DNA of 64,000 nucleotides from an uncultured Desulfospira sp. (lineage in GTDB: Bacteria; Desulfobacterota; Desulfobacteria; Desulfobacterales; Desulfobacteraceae), in assembly GCA_963663165.1 (NCBI GenBank), contig OY760175.1:6496001-6560000 (forward strand), written 5' to 3'. Numbering within the stretch: the first letter of the stretch is position 1; every line of letters begins with the position of its first letter. The position numbers and the translations under genes were made by a program. Shown in pieces: positions 28,819-38,791 of this stretch. The notes beneath the pieces were generated by a model. It was not told where the DNA came from, ran no database searches, and saw nothing but the letters and a program-made list of their open reading frames with translations.

Positions 28819-29733
28819 TTATAATCCGCGCATGTATTCCGGACGCCGGACCGCCGGGTCTTTGATCCCCTGTTCAATTCTGGATAAAAAGTCTTGTTTG
28901 TCTCTGCCAAGTTCCCCTTTTAAACTCAGGTAATTGGACGCATGATTGGTGTTGAAAATACAACCGTTGAGATCATTGTCGGTATGGGTGATCAGGGTGT
29001 GCAGTTCCTCTAAGATCTGGGTGGGGGTACAGGGGTGAAACTTATTTTCCATGGCCCAGGCCAGGATTTCCGATCCCGGGGTCATTTCTAAGGTGAGGGG
29101 GGAAATATACCATTTCCGTGGTACGGGCGGGGCCATCCGGTTGATCAGCCGGGCAGACTCCACCGCATGGCTATGGCTTTTTTCAGGGTCATTGCCGGCA
29201 AGGCCCAAAAGAAAAATGCCGGACCAGTCAATTTGGGCCTGGTGGCATTTCTGGGCGGCCTTTGCATAATCATCCTGAGTGGCGCCTTTGTTGCAGTCTT
29301 TAAGGACCTGGTTGTCCCCGCTTTCAATCCCCACATAAACCATGGTAAATCCGGCAAGGGCCAGCTGCTTTAACTCCTCATCCGATTTTTTAAGGATATC
29401 CTTGACATGGGCGTAAGAGCTGACCTTTCTCAGATTGGGGAACTGCTGGTAAGAAAACCGGGTCAACTCAATTAAGATCTCCGGCTTAACCACAAAGGCA
29501 TTGCCGTCCTCAAAGAATATCTTTTCAACCCGGGGGCCGAACAGCTGGGCGGCCTTTCGAATATCGTTCTTAATTTCTTCAATATCCTTGCGCATTGAAA
29601 ATTTTTTGGTCCGGTACATGGAGCAGAAGGTACATCGGTGAGTGCATCCGGTGGTTACACTGATTAACAATGCGTCCCACTCCGAAGGGGGTCTGTATAC
29701 AGGTTCTACCAGGTTGCCAACATCCATGTTCAT
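28819..29733 (-). CDS. Radical SAM protein
   Basis: PVYRPPSE...VTTGCTHRCTFCSMY (CxxxCxxC), YVGIESG, NHASNYL. Confidence 0.9.
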   Translation of the reverse strand: MNMDVGNLVEPVYRPPSEWDALLISVTTGCTHRCTFCSMYRTKKFSMRKDIEEIKNDIRKAAQLFGPRVEKIFFEDGNAFVVKPEILIELTRFSYQQFPNLRKVSSYAHVKDILKKSDEELKQLALAGFTMVYVGIESGDNQVLKDCNKGATQDDYAKAAQKCHQAQIDWSGIFLLGLAGNDPEKSHSHAVESARLINRMAPPVPRKWYISPLTLEMTPGSEILAWAMENKFHPCTPTQILEELHTLITHTDNDLNGCIFNTNHASNYLSLKGELGRDKQDFLSRIEQGIKDPAVRRPEYMRGL

Positions 29734-29846
29734 AAGGTTATCTATCCTTTCAACGGCCTTTGCCGGTTAATATGTTTTTGTCCACTATATGCAATGATCT
29801 TTAAGGAGATCAAATGATTTTTCATTTTTGCCGGGTGGCCCGCCTA

Positions 29847-29874
29847 TTGACAACCCGGATTTCCTTGTTAAAAT
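29847..29874 (+). promoter_or_regulatory. Sigma70-like promoter
   Basis: TTGACA-16 nt-TAAAAT with TG just upstream of the -10, about 195 nt before the ATG at 30072. Confidence 0.55.
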
Positions 29875-30071
29875 AAATCCGTAACCCGTTTTCTTTTCAG
29901 GCGGTTGCAAAAGCCAAAGCATCTGCCGTGGTCAATAACGATTTTTTGTTGAATTTTTTGACAAATTCCCGGTGATCCGGAAATTTAAGGTTTCAAATTT
30001 ATTTGCAGAAAACAGTTTAAGGGGGCCATCCCCATATTTTTTTTGCAACCCGTATCAAAAAGGAGAATACC

Positions 30072-30254
30072 ATGAGCACTCCCCAGCATTGCCCCGGTTT
30101 TGAGCAGTTCAAAGATCTTAAATCCTTTACCTGTAAATGCCACAAATGTGGAACCCAAAATGAAATTTTTTCAGACGAATTTGACAAGGCCCATAAATGC
30201 AGGAGCTGCGGCGAAGAAATTGATTTTACAACCTGTTCTTATGAGGCTGGATAA
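30072..30254 (+). CDS. Small Cys-rich zinc-ribbon-like protein (60 aa)
   Basis: AGGAG RBS; HCPG, CKCHKC..NEIFSDE..KCRSC motifs. Confidence 0.8.
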   Translation: MSTPQHCPGFEQFKDLKSFTCKCHKCGTQNEIFSDEFDKAHKCRSCGEEIDFTTCSYEAG

Positions 30255-30360
30255 CCCTTAAAAATAGACTCCCGGCCGGGCCAAGGCCGATGCGTTCAGT
30301 CTAACGCCTTGGCCCGGCCGGTTTTTGTCACAAAGATTCATCACCGGACATTTCAAATTC

Positions 30361-30882
30361 TCAACATTTTTCACTGTCACGCTGGCATTCACCTTCCCGG
30401 TGCTTTTCCGACAGCCGGACCTTTCGCCTGGCCAGGGCCTCTTTGTGCCGCCGTTTTTCCTCCGGGGTTTCGGGTATTAGCGGCGGAACCGGGCAGGGCC
30501 GCTGATCCTGTCCCAGCGCAACAAAGGTCAGATACGCCGAAGCCAGATGGGTAACCTTTCCGGTCAACAGGTCCTCTGTTTCCACCCTGGCCCCGATTTC
30601 CATTGAGGTTTTTCCGGTCATGTTAATGGCCGCCTTTACCGTAACCAGATTACCGATAAACGCGGGTTTGTAAAAATCAAGCCGGTCAATGGATGCGGTA
30701 ACACAGATTTTTCTGGTATGCCGAACCGCCGCGACTCCAGCGGCATTGTCTATTTCCTTCATGATGACCCCGCCGTGGATGATGCCGGCCGGGTTGGCAT
30801 CTTCAGGAAGCATGACCCTGGAGATCAGAACCAGGGAGTCTGAGACGCATTTTTTGTTAGCTTCAGATTGTTGGTTGGACAT
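30361..30882 (-). CDS. Acyl-CoA thioesterase (hotdog fold)
   Basis: MLPEDANPAGIIHGGVIMKEIDNAAG, VTASIDRLDF, GKTSMEIG, AYLTFVA. Confidence 0.93.
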   Translation of the reverse strand: MSNQQSEANKKCVSDSLVLISRVMLPEDANPAGIIHGGVIMKEIDNAAGVAAVRHTRKICVTASIDRLDFYKPAFIGNLVTVKAAINMTGKTSMEIGARVETEDLLTGKVTHLASAYLTFVALGQDQRPCPVPPLIPETPEEKRRHKEALARRKVRLSEKHREGECQRDSEKC

Positions 30883-31091
30883 GGTCACCTCGGATGTTTA
30901 GCGGTTAAAAGTGGTAAAATTATGGTCCTGTTTTGTTTTGTGGTTACCATAGTTTTAAGGTTGAGCCCATATGATAGGGGCTTAACCGGTTCAGTCAAGA
31001 AAAGCGTGTGGGATTCTTTTTTTTTCCTGACAATCCTATTCCCGGTGTTCTTATCCTGGCCCATCTGTTCTGCCATCCAGGGTGAAATGTG

Positions 31092-31143
31092 GTTTTAATC
31101 AAGTTCTAATCAGTTTTAATCAAGTTCTAATCATGGGCTAATC
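31092..31143 (+). promoter_or_regulatory. Phased TAATC direct repeats (candidate transcription-factor operator)
   Basis: TAATC starts at 31096, 31107, 31117, 31128 and 31139; includes a perfect tandem 21-mer gttttaatcaagttctaatca. Confidence 0.55.
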
Positions 31144-31241
31144 TTTAAGTGGAATAATCCAAACCGTATGGTGCTCCATCCTCTGGCAGCGGGAAGGACC
31201 ATCAAAACGCAAAATAGTTTTTCAAAAAAAGGAGAAGAACC

Positions 31242-31781
31242 ATGTTGCTTATTAAAAGAAGTATTTTAGCACTCATGATGTTAAGCGGGGTTGCTCTTTT
31301 TGCCTTCCCCGGCAATGCCATGGCAGCTCGTTACAGCCTGGATATCATGAGTGACGACCTTTCAAGCACGTTAGTTGACTTGAACTCTTTCCAGATTGAC
31401 ATTGTCTATTCAGATTCCGACCTGGACTTTGGCTACTGGATTGTCAGTGATGCTCTGGATCAGATCGGTGTAACCGATAACAGTACCGGCAGCGACGGTT
31501 CAGGGACAGCATCCATCAGCATCACTCTTGACAGTTCCTATCTCCTGGCCAGTAATGTCACCCTGCTCACCTTATACTTCTGGGGGGGGACTGATGCTCA
31601 GTCTGCGGTAGATGCCGTTTATCTTTCCAACGTAACTGTAGACGGTGCCCAGTGGACATCCGCTAGTGATTCAAGCAACGGTGCCATAACCATAGCCCCT
31701 GTTCCCGTACCCACCAGCCTTGGTCTTCTGGGAATCAGCCTTCTGTGCCTCACCAAAATTTCCAGAAAAGAAAAAAATTAA
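31242..31781 (+). CDS. Exported protein with PEP-CTERM/VPLPA-like sorting signal
   Basis: Signal peptide (AMA), beta-rich acidic body, and C-terminal PVPVPTSLGLLGISLLCLTKISRKEKN (Pro motif, TM helix, basic tail). Confidence 0.8.
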   Translation: MLLIKRSILALMMLSGVALFAFPGNAMAARYSLDIMSDDLSSTLVDLNSFQIDIVYSDSDLDFGYWIVSDALDQIGVTDNSTGSDGSGTASISITLDSSYLLASNVTLLTLYFWGGTDAQSAVDAVYLSNVTVDGAQWTSASDSSNGAITIAPVPVPTSLGLLGISLLCLTKISRKEKN

Positions 31782-31802
31782 TTCTATTCTCTTTTTTCTC
31801 TT

Positions 31803-31842
31803 AAGCCCTGTGAAAATCAATTCACAGGGCTTTCTGTTTTTT
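31803..31842 (+). terminator. Intrinsic terminator
   Basis: aagccctgtgaa-aatcaa-ttcacagggctt followed by a T-rich tract. Confidence 0.85.
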
Positions 31843-31934
31843 ACCCCTTTGGCATCGTTTCATTGCCGGGAATAGACAAATGGGACAACGACTGGTATAA
31901 GACGGTTTAATATATAAATTGCTGAGGATAAACC

Positions 31935-32960
31935 ATGCCAATGACCAGGATGAAAAAAATGTTTTCTACAGTCACCCGAACATTTATTGTCTGTTTTTTT
32001 GCCTGCCTTTTTTGGGGCCATGTACACGCCGATGAACTCAAAGACGGGCTGTATGCCGAATTTGAAACCAATAAAGGAAAAATTCTGGCACAGTTATATT
32101 ATAAAAAGGTCCCCTTGACCGTCACCAACTTTGTGGGCCTGGCCGAGGGAACAAAGGACTCCAACCAGGAACCCGGGAAAAAATTTTATGACGGCCTGAT
32201 ATTTCACCGGGTCATTGCGGATTTCATGATCCAGGGCGGCGACCCTCAGGGTACCGGCCGGGGCGGCCCGGGTTACCGGTTCCCGGATGAATTTGATCCA
32301 ACCCTCAGGCATGATTCCTCAGGGATTTTGTCCATGGCCAATTCCGGCCCAAATACCAATGGCAGCCAGTTTTTTATTACCCATAAGGACACCCCCTGGC
32401 TGGACGGCAAACACACGGTGTTTGGCAAGGTGGTCAAAGGACAGGATGTGGTGGACGCCATTCAACAAGGCGACCGGATTATTCACCTGACCATTATCCG
32501 GAAAGGGGAAGAAGCCAAAGCCTTCAAAGGGGACCAGGAAAGCTTCGATGCCCTGCTCAACGCCGGGCGCAAAGGATATATGGAAAAATTCAGGACAAAA
32601 ATGCTTGAAAAATACCCCGATGCCGTGACCACGGATTCCGGGCTTCTTTACGTTGTTTTAAAGACCGGAACCGGTGAACAGGTCAAACCCGGGGCCCTTG
32701 TAAAAGTTCATTATACCGGTTTTCTGGAAGATGGGAAAAAATTTGACAGTTCTCTGGACCGGGGCACCCCGTTCCAGTTCAAGGTGGGCAAAAAAGAGGT
32801 CATCAAAGGCTGGGATGTCGGGATCACCGGTATGAAAAAGTCAGAGAAACGGCGCTTGATTATTCCTTATCCCATGGCCTATGGGGAATCCGGGTATCCC
32901 GGGGTGATTCCGCCAAAGGCCACCTTGATTTTTGACGTAGAACTGGTGGACTTTCAATAG
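31935..32960 (+). CDS. Exported cyclophilin-FKBP dual peptidyl-prolyl isomerase
   Basis: Cyclophilin motifs [45 protein letters not shown] motifs [35 protein letters not shown]. Confidence 0.93.
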   Translation: MPMTRMKKMFSTVTRTFIVCFFACLFWGHVHADELKDGLYAEFETNKGKILAQLYYKKVPLTVTNFVGLAEGTKDSNQEPGKKFYDGLIFHRVIADFMIQGGDPQGTGRGGPGYRFPDEFDPTLRHDSSGILSMANSGPNTNGSQFFITHKDTPWLDGKHTVFGKVVKGQDVVDAIQQGDRIIHLTIIRKGEEAKAFKGDQESFDALLNAGRKGYMEKFRTKMLEKYPDAVTTDSGLLYVVLKTGTGEQVKPGALVKVHYTGFLEDGKKFDSSLDRGTPFQFKVGKKEVIKGWDVGITGMKKSEKRRLIIPYPMAYGESGYPGVIPPKATLIFDVELVDFQ

Positions 32961-32968
32961 TGGTTTGC

Positions 32969-33700
32969 CTATTCGGGTAATTGCATGTTATCCATGTATT
33001 TTAGTATCCATCTTTGCCGGCTCAGCACATGAGCGCTCGGGTGCTTTACCGACCATTTATGGGGGCTTGGCAGGATCGCCGTCATCAGGGCGGCCTGGTG
33101 CCTGTTCAGGCGGTCTGCCCCGGTGGAGAAATATTTTCGAGCCCCGGCTTCGGCGCCGGCCACGCCAGTGCCCCAGTCAACGGTGTTCAGATAGACTTCA
33201 AGAATCCTTTTTTTATCCCAGGTCAGCTCCATGAGAAGGGTATACCAGGCTTCGGCCAGTTTCCTGGCCGGATGTCTTGATGCCGGCAAAAAAAGGGATC
33301 TGGCTGCCTGCATGGTAATGGTGGACGCCCCCCTGAACCGGTGCTTTTCCACCATGTCTTTTAAAACAATTTTAATTTCCTGAAAATCAAATCCGTGGTG
33401 TTCAAGAAACCGCTGATCCTCGGAGGCCATCACGGCTTTCTGGAGCAGCGGGGAAATATCTTTCATGTCTTTCCAGGTGTAGGTGGTGGCCACATACCGG
33501 GTATCCCGGATTTTATGGGAAATCCATTCATAGGCCATGTTAACGGTTCCGGGCGGGGCAATGAACTTAAAGCATAGAACCTGAAGAAAGGAAACAAGGA
33601 GCAGCAGTCCAAGCAGTTTTAATATCCATTTCCATATGCGCTTGGCAATGCCCGGTCCTTTTTTCCTTGTCACTGGTTCATCCTTATCTTTGTTTGTCAT
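32969..33700 (-). CDS. mtgA: Monofunctional peptidoglycan transglycosylase
   Basis: ASEDQRFLEHHGFD, RGASTITMQ, RKLAE, KKRILEVYLN. Confidence 0.93.
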   Translation of the reverse strand: MTNKDKDEPVTRKKGPGIAKRIWKWILKLLGLLLLVSFLQVLCFKFIAPPGTVNMAYEWISHKIRDTRYVATTYTWKDMKDISPLLQKAVMASEDQRFLEHHGFDFQEIKIVLKDMVEKHRFRGASTITMQAARSLFLPASRHPARKLAEAWYTLLMELTWDKKRILEVYLNTVDWGTGVAGAEAGARKYFSTGADRLNRHQAALMTAILPSPHKWSVKHPSAHVLSRQRWILKYMDNMQLPE

Positions 33701-33751
33701 TTCCTTTATGATAAATTGTCCATGATCACAATCAAAAAAAGGAGGCTAAAT

Positions 33752-34387
33752 TTGAAGGTTATTGGATTTAATGGGAGTTCAAGAAAAAAAGGGAATACTG
33801 CCTGCGCTATGAACACGGTTTTTGATCAATTGGAAAAAGCCGGCATTGAAACTGAAATGGTTCTGGTGGGCAAAGAAAAAATTCAGGGATGCGTGGCCTG
33901 CCACGGCTGTGTGAAAAATCAAAATGAGGCCTGTGCTTTTAAAGATGACCCTGTAAATGAATGGATACAGAAGATGAAAGATGCAGACGGCATTCTGCTT
34001 GGCTCTCCAGTCCATTTTTCCGGTGTTGCCGGGACAATGAAGGCCTTCCTTGACAGGGCCTTTTTCGTTTCTTCGGTTAACGGGGGGCTGTTCCGTCACA
34101 AAGTAGGTGCTGCGGTTGCTGCGGTCAGGCGATCCGGCGGGATTTCCACGGTTGAGACCCTTAATCATTATATCAACTACTCTGAGATGATCATGCCCTC
34201 GTCCAATTACTGGAACGTGGTCCATGGGCTGATTCCGGGAGAAATGGCGCAGGATGGTGAGGGAAAACAAATCATGGAGGTCCTGGGCAAAAACATGGCA
34301 TGGATCATGAAACTTATCGACCATGGGAAAGCCAGGTTCCCTGCACCGGCACCAGCGGCCAAGGTTATGACCAATTTCATCCGGTAA
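33752..34387 (+). CDS. Iron-sulfur flavoprotein / flavodoxin family protein
   Basis: GSSRKKGNT, CVACHGC...C, LGSPVHF, RRSGG. TTG start after GGAGG. Confidence 0.9.
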   Translation: MKVIGFNGSSRKKGNTACAMNTVFDQLEKAGIETEMVLVGKEKIQGCVACHGCVKNQNEACAFKDDPVNEWIQKMKDADGILLGSPVHFSGVAGTMKAFLDRAFFVSSVNGGLFRHKVGAAVAAVRRSGGISTVETLNHYINYSEMIMPSSNYWNVVHGLIPGEMAQDGEGKQIMEVLGKNMAWIMKLIDHGKARFPAPAPAAKVMTNFIR

Positions 34388-34401
34388 CCGGTGTTTGGCG
34401 G

Positions 34402-34908
34402 TTACCGGTTCACCTTTTCCAGGTTAAAAGAACGGTAAATGATCATTTCCCGTTCGACCCGGCCCTCTTCAATGGGTGAAAGCGTTGTGGCCGCTAAAAT
34501 TTTTTGAGCATCCTGTTTAGAGGGGATGGTGTCAAGCCCCTTGCCCACGGTCTTGCCGGTAATTGAATCCATGACCACGGCATCAATGGCATCTGTGGAG
34601 ACGGCTAAGGGGATCTGGTAGTCATAGACCAGGCGGGCCCCGGCCAGGATTTCCCTTTCATAAGAGCCGATGGAACCGGCCACGCAGGTAATGGCCATGA
34701 CCGCGGTATCATGGCAATGGACAATCAGGTCAATGACCGAGGGGTAGTCCTCTTTTTTGAACCGGACCAGAATGGGGACATCCACCTTGATATCGGTTTT
34801 TTCGTATCCTTTGGTTTCCACCAAAAATTTTTCAAACTTCTGCCGGCTGATTTCCGGCCCCACAATATCGATTTCTTTTCCTGTAATATAATCTGTAATG
34901 GCTTCCAT
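34402..34908 (-). CDS. Standalone HsdR N-terminal-like domain protein
   Basis: ITDYITG...E..RQ..E.FLV..KGY...DI, DLIV, GSIGSYERE..A.ARL; recognised by motif only. Confidence 0.6.
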   Translation of the reverse strand: MEAITDYITGKEIDIVGPEISRQKFEKFLVETKGYEKTDIKVDVPILVRFKKEDYPSVIDLIVHCHDTAVMAITCVAGSIGSYEREILAGARLVYDYQIPLAVSTDAIDAVVMDSITGKTVGKGLDTIPSKQDAQKILAATTLSPIEEGRVEREMIIYRSFNLEKVNR

Positions 34909-34929
34909 GGTTATCTGTATATAATCGGT

Positions 34930-36474
34930 TTAGAAAAGCGGGGTTCCGGTCATTTCTTCGGGCTGTTCAATCTTAAGGGCCTTTAAAATGGTGGGGGCGA
35001 TATCCCCTAGCACCCCGTCTTTGAGGGTAATGGTTTCAAATCCTTTGCCGGCAACGATAAAATTCACCGGATTGGTGGTGTGGGCGGTATGGGGAGAGCC
35101 GTCCTCGGCAATCATCTGTTCTGAGTTGCCGTGGTCTGCCGTGATAAATGCGGTGCCGCCGGTTTCCCAGATCGCCTCAGCCACTTTTTTGGCGCAGGCA
35201 TCCACGGCCTCGCATCCTTTGATAGCGGCTTCAAGGATGCCGGTATGGCCCACCATGTCCATGTTGGCAAAGTTAAGGACAACAAATTTGAATTTTTTTG
35301 ACCGGATCAGTTCACAGGCCTTGTCCGCCACCTCAAAGGCGCTCATGGACGGTTTTTCGTCGTAGGTGGCCACATCCCTGGGAGAGGGAATGAGTTCTCT
35401 TTCTTCGCCCTCAAATACCGCCTCATCCCCGCCGTTAAAAAAATAGGTGACATGGGCATATTTTTCGGTTTCCGCTATCCTGAGCTGGGGGATGTTGTGT
35501 TCACTTAAGATCTGTCCAAAGATTTTGGTCAGTTTCTGGGGGCCAAAGGCCACGGGCAGATCAAAATGTTCGTCATACCGGGTCATGCAGACAAAGGCGG
35601 ACAGATCCGGCCGGCGGCTGACATCAAATTCTTTAAAGTTTTTTTCCGTAAAGGCCCGGGTGATTTCCTTGGCCCGGTCCGCCCTGAAATTAAAAAAGAC
35701 CAGGCCGTCGGCGTCCCGGATCAGTCCGGAGTCGGGATCTTTATCATCCTGGATAAAAACAGGGGAAACAAACTCGTCGGTTTCTTTTTGGTCATAGGCG
35801 GCCTGGACGGCCTGCTCGGGATTACCGGCCCGGTTCCCTGTTCCTTTGGTGAACAGGTTATAGGCTTTCTGGACCCGGTCCCACCGGGTATCCCGGTCCA
35901 TGGCCCAGTACCGGCCGGTAATGGAGGCGATTTTGCCGTATCCATGCGCCTGGATATGGCCGGTAAGCTGCCGGATATAGGTAATGCCCGATGTCGGGGG
36001 GGTGTCCCGGCCATCCAGGATGGGGTGGATAAACAGCTTTTTAACGCCCATCTGCCTGGCCATGTCCATTAAGGCAAACAAATGGGTCATATGGCTGTGG
36101 ACCCCGCCGTCGGACAAAAGCCCCATGAGGTGAAGGCTGGTTTTCTTTTGGGCCACGGTTTCCATGGCGGATTTGAGAACCGGGTTGTCAAAAAAGCTTT
36201 GGTCCTCTATGGCGGCGTTGATCCGGACCAGGTCCTGGAGCACCCGCCGGCCGGCCCCGATATTCATGTGGCCGACCTCGGAATTGCCCATGGTCCCCTC
36301 GGGAAGTCCCACGGCAAGGCCGGAACAGGCTAAGCTGCACCGGGGGGATGAGGCAATCAGACCATCCAGAAAAGGGGTGTCGGCCAGGGCAAAGGCATTG
36401 CCCTGGCTTTTCGGATTGATTCCCCAGCCGTCCAGGATCATTAAGATATGAACCGCATTTTGATCAGAAGTCAT
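34930..36474 (-). CDS. gpmI: 2,3-bisphosphoglycerate-independent phosphoglycerate mutase
   Basis: ILDGWG, MGNSEVGH, SDGGVHSH, LDGRDTPP, GRYWAMDRD, AETEKYAHVT, NFANMDMVGHTG, TADHGN. Confidence 0.98.
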   Translation of the reverse strand: MTSDQNAVHILMILDGWGINPKSQGNAFALADTPFLDGLIASSPRCSLACSGLAVGLPEGTMGNSEVGHMNIGAGRRVLQDLVRINAAIEDQSFFDNPVLKSAMETVAQKKTSLHLMGLLSDGGVHSHMTHLFALMDMARQMGVKKLFIHPILDGRDTPPTSGITYIRQLTGHIQAHGYGKIASITGRYWAMDRDTRWDRVQKAYNLFTKGTGNRAGNPEQAVQAAYDQKETDEFVSPVFIQDDKDPDSGLIRDADGLVFFNFRADRAKEITRAFTEKNFKEFDVSRRPDLSAFVCMTRYDEHFDLPVAFGPQKLTKIFGQILSEHNIPQLRIAETEKYAHVTYFFNGGDEAVFEGEERELIPSPRDVATYDEKPSMSAFEVADKACELIRSKKFKFVVLNFANMDMVGHTGILEAAIKGCEAVDACAKKVAEAIWETGGTAFITADHGNSEQMIAEDGSPHTAHTTNPVNFIVAGKGFETITLKDGVLGDIAPTILKALKIEQPEEMTGTPLF

Positions 36475-36862
36475 AATCGTTCTCCTTTAACGAATTGACC
36501 GGATAGGCCCCGGACAGGTCCACCCTTGGGGCATCGCTCCACAGCCCCTCTAAATCATAGAAATCCCTGGCGCGGGTTTCAAATACGTGGATAATAATCT
36601 GGCCGTAATCTAAAAGAGCCCATTCCCCTTCTTTAATCCCTTCTATCCCTAAGGCCTGGATGCCGGTCCCTTTGAGTTTTTGCACAATATGCTCGGCCAT
36701 GGTGGTCACCTGTCGGGCTGATCCGGCCTCAACAATAACCACCATATCGGTGTAGGAGGTCAGGGCGCTGACATCAAGGGCGGTGACGTTAAGTGCTTTG
36801 CGTTCAAATATGGGGTCAAAATAGGGTTTAAATTCTTCTAAACGCCCGTCGGATGGGGTCAT
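36464..36862 (-). CDS. rsfS: Ribosome silencing factor
   Basis: WALLDYGQIIIHVF...RDFYDLEGLW; located next to nadD. Confidence 0.95.
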   Translation of the reverse strand: MTPSDGRLEEFKPYFDPIFERKALNVTALDVSALTSYTDMVVIVEAGSARQVTTMAEHIVQKLKGTGIQALGIEGIKEGEWALLDYGQIIIHVFETRARDFYDLEGLWSDAPRVDLSGAYPVNSLKENDYDF

Positions 36863-37506
36863 TGATAAAATTTCCTTTGCATCATGATGTTACAGACTGC
36901 CTCCGGGACAAGGGCTTTTACGGACAGACCCTTTTTGATCCGGTCCCGGACCATGGTGGAAGAAATGTCTATTCTCGGGACATTGCAAATAATGATATCC
37001 TGCATTTTGTCGTGAACAAACCGTTTATCTTTCTTTGTGTATCCTTTTGAGATGTTTTCGTCAATAAAGGATGACAGGGAAGAGGGGACGCTGCCCTCAT
37101 TTTCTATTAATTCCCGGGTCATGATAACGATGGGGACGACCTTGAACAGCTGATCCTTGTTTTTCCAGGTGTTGATATCAAAAAACGCATCAGATCCCAT
37201 CATGAGAAAAAAACGGTCCGGGTAACGGTCCTGGAACTGCCGGATGGTATCAATGGTAAACGAGGGTCCCTTTCGTTTGAGTTCAATGTCTGAGGCCTCA
37301 AATCCGTCCAGGCCTTTGATGCTGCCTTGTATCATTTCAAGCCTGTCCCGGGCCGGGGCCAGATTACAGGATGTCTTGTGGGGCGGGGCAGCCGATGGAA
37401 ATAAAATAATTTTGTTTAAGTTCAGTTCTTTTTTGGCATGCCGGGCAATACCGATGTGGCCGTTATGGATGGGATTGAAGGTGCCGCCAAAAAGTCCGAT
37501 GTCCAT
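36859..37506 (-). CDS. nadD: Nicotinate-nucleotide adenylyltransferase
   Basis: GLFGGTFNPIHNGH, PPHK, SFTIDT, MGSD, ISSTMVR. Confidence 0.96.
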   Translation of the reverse strand: MDIGLFGGTFNPIHNGHIGIARHAKKELNLNKIILFPSAAPPHKTSCNLAPARDRLEMIQGSIKGLDGFEASDIELKRKGPSFTIDTIRQFQDRYPDRFFLMMGSDAFFDINTWKNKDQLFKVVPIVIMTRELIENEGSVPSSLSSFIDENISKGYTKKDKRFVHDKMQDIIICNVPRIDISSTMVRDRIKKGLSVKALVPEAVCNIMMQRKFYQ

Positions 37507-37521
37507 GGCGTCGGTCCAAAA

Positions 37522-38517
37522 CTAATCGGTTTGAAGTTTGGATGCCAGCACTTTGATAAGGTCGCTAACCCCCTGTCCTGTGGCCGCTGAAATCTTGTGG
37601 ATTTCAAGGTGGGGCAGGGCGGTTTCAAATGCCTGGATCCGGGTTCGGGTGCCGGTTAGGTCTATCTTGTTCAGGACAATCACCTGGTCTTTTTCGGCCA
37701 GGGTCTGGCTGTACCGGGACAGCTCTTTGTTGATTAGGTTAAAGTTGTCTAAAGGAGAATCCGGGTCAATGGAACCTGAATCAATCAAGTGGATGAGGAT
37801 GCCCGTCCGTTCAATATGCCTTAAAAACTTGATTCCCAGGCCGGTCCCCTGGTGGGCCCCTTCAATCAGACCGGGGATATCGGCAATGGCAAAGGGTTCA
37901 CCAAACGGAGGTTCAACCATTCCCAAGGTGGGCGTCAGTGTGGTAAAGGGGTAATCGCCGATCTTGGGCCGTGCCTTTGACATGGACGATACCAGGGTGG
38001 ACTTGCCGGCATTGGGCAGTCCCACAACCCCGACGTCGGCCAGGAGCTTGAGTTCCAGTTTAAGTTTGAGTTCGATTCCGGAAATCCCGGGCTGGGAGTA
38101 TCTCGGGGCCCGGTTGGTGGAGGTGGCAAACCGCTTGTTTCCCCGTCCGCCCATACCCCCCTGGGCAACGATGAATTCAGCATTCTGGAGGGTCAGGTCT
38201 ACAACGGGTTCAAGGGTGTCGGCATTGCTTACCAGGGTGCCGCAGGGCAGATCAATGTAACAATGATTGCCGTTTCTGCCGTGTTTTTGCCGGCCCTGGC
38301 CGGGTTGGCCGTTTTCGGCCCGAAGCAGTTTGTGCCGGCGAAGTTCGTACAGGGTCCGTTTGGACGGGTCCGCCCTTAAGATAACATGGCCGCCGTCTCC
38401 GCCGTCCCCCCCATCAGGCCCGCCCCGTTCAATGAACCGTTCCCGTCTGAAACTGGTACATCCGGCACCGCCGTTACCGGACCTGATGGTAATAATGGCT
38501 TCATCTACAAATTTCAC
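37522..38517 (-). CDS. obgE: GTPase ObgE
   Basis: FVDEA...[44 protein letters not shown]. Confidence 0.98.
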   Translation of the reverse strand: MKFVDEAIITIRSGNGGAGCTSFRRERFIERGGPDGGDGGDGGHVILRADPSKRTLYELRRHKLLRAENGQPGQGRQKHGRNGNHCYIDLPCGTLVSNADTLEPVVDLTLQNAEFIVAQGGMGGRGNKRFATSTNRAPRYSQPGISGIELKLKLELKLLADVGVVGLPNAGKSTLVSSMSKARPKIGDYPFTTLTPTLGMVEPPFGEPFAIADIPGLIEGAHQGTGLGIKFLRHIERTGILIHLIDSGSIDPDSPLDNFNLINKELSRYSQTLAEKDQVIVLNKIDLTGTRTRIQAFETALPHLEIHKISAATGQGVSDLIKVLASKLQTD

Positions 38518-38768
38518 GCTTCATAAACGCTGACTTTTTTCCTGTCCCGGCCTTTTCTTTCAAAGGTCACAACACCGTCGATGAGGGAGAACAGGGTGTA
38601 ATCCTTGCCCATTCCCACGTTGTTTCCCGGATGGATTTTAGTGCCTACCTGACGGACAATAATGTTGCCGGCGGTCACTTTTTCTCCGCCGAATTTTTTT
38701 ACGCCCCGCCGCTGAGCATTTGAGTCGCGGCCGTTTTTACTGGAGCCTGCTGCCTTTTTATGTGACAT
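38514..38768 (-). CDS. rpmA: 50S ribosomal protein L27
   Basis: [16 protein letters not shown]...GNIIVRQ.GT.IHPG.NVG.GKDYTLF. Confidence 0.98.
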   Translation of the reverse strand: MSHKKAAGSSKNGRDSNAQRRGVKKFGGEKVTAGNIIVRQVGTKIHPGNNVGMGKDYTLFSLIDGVVTFERKGRDRKKVSVYEA

Positions 38769-38791
38769 GGTTCAATTCTCCTTTATATTTA

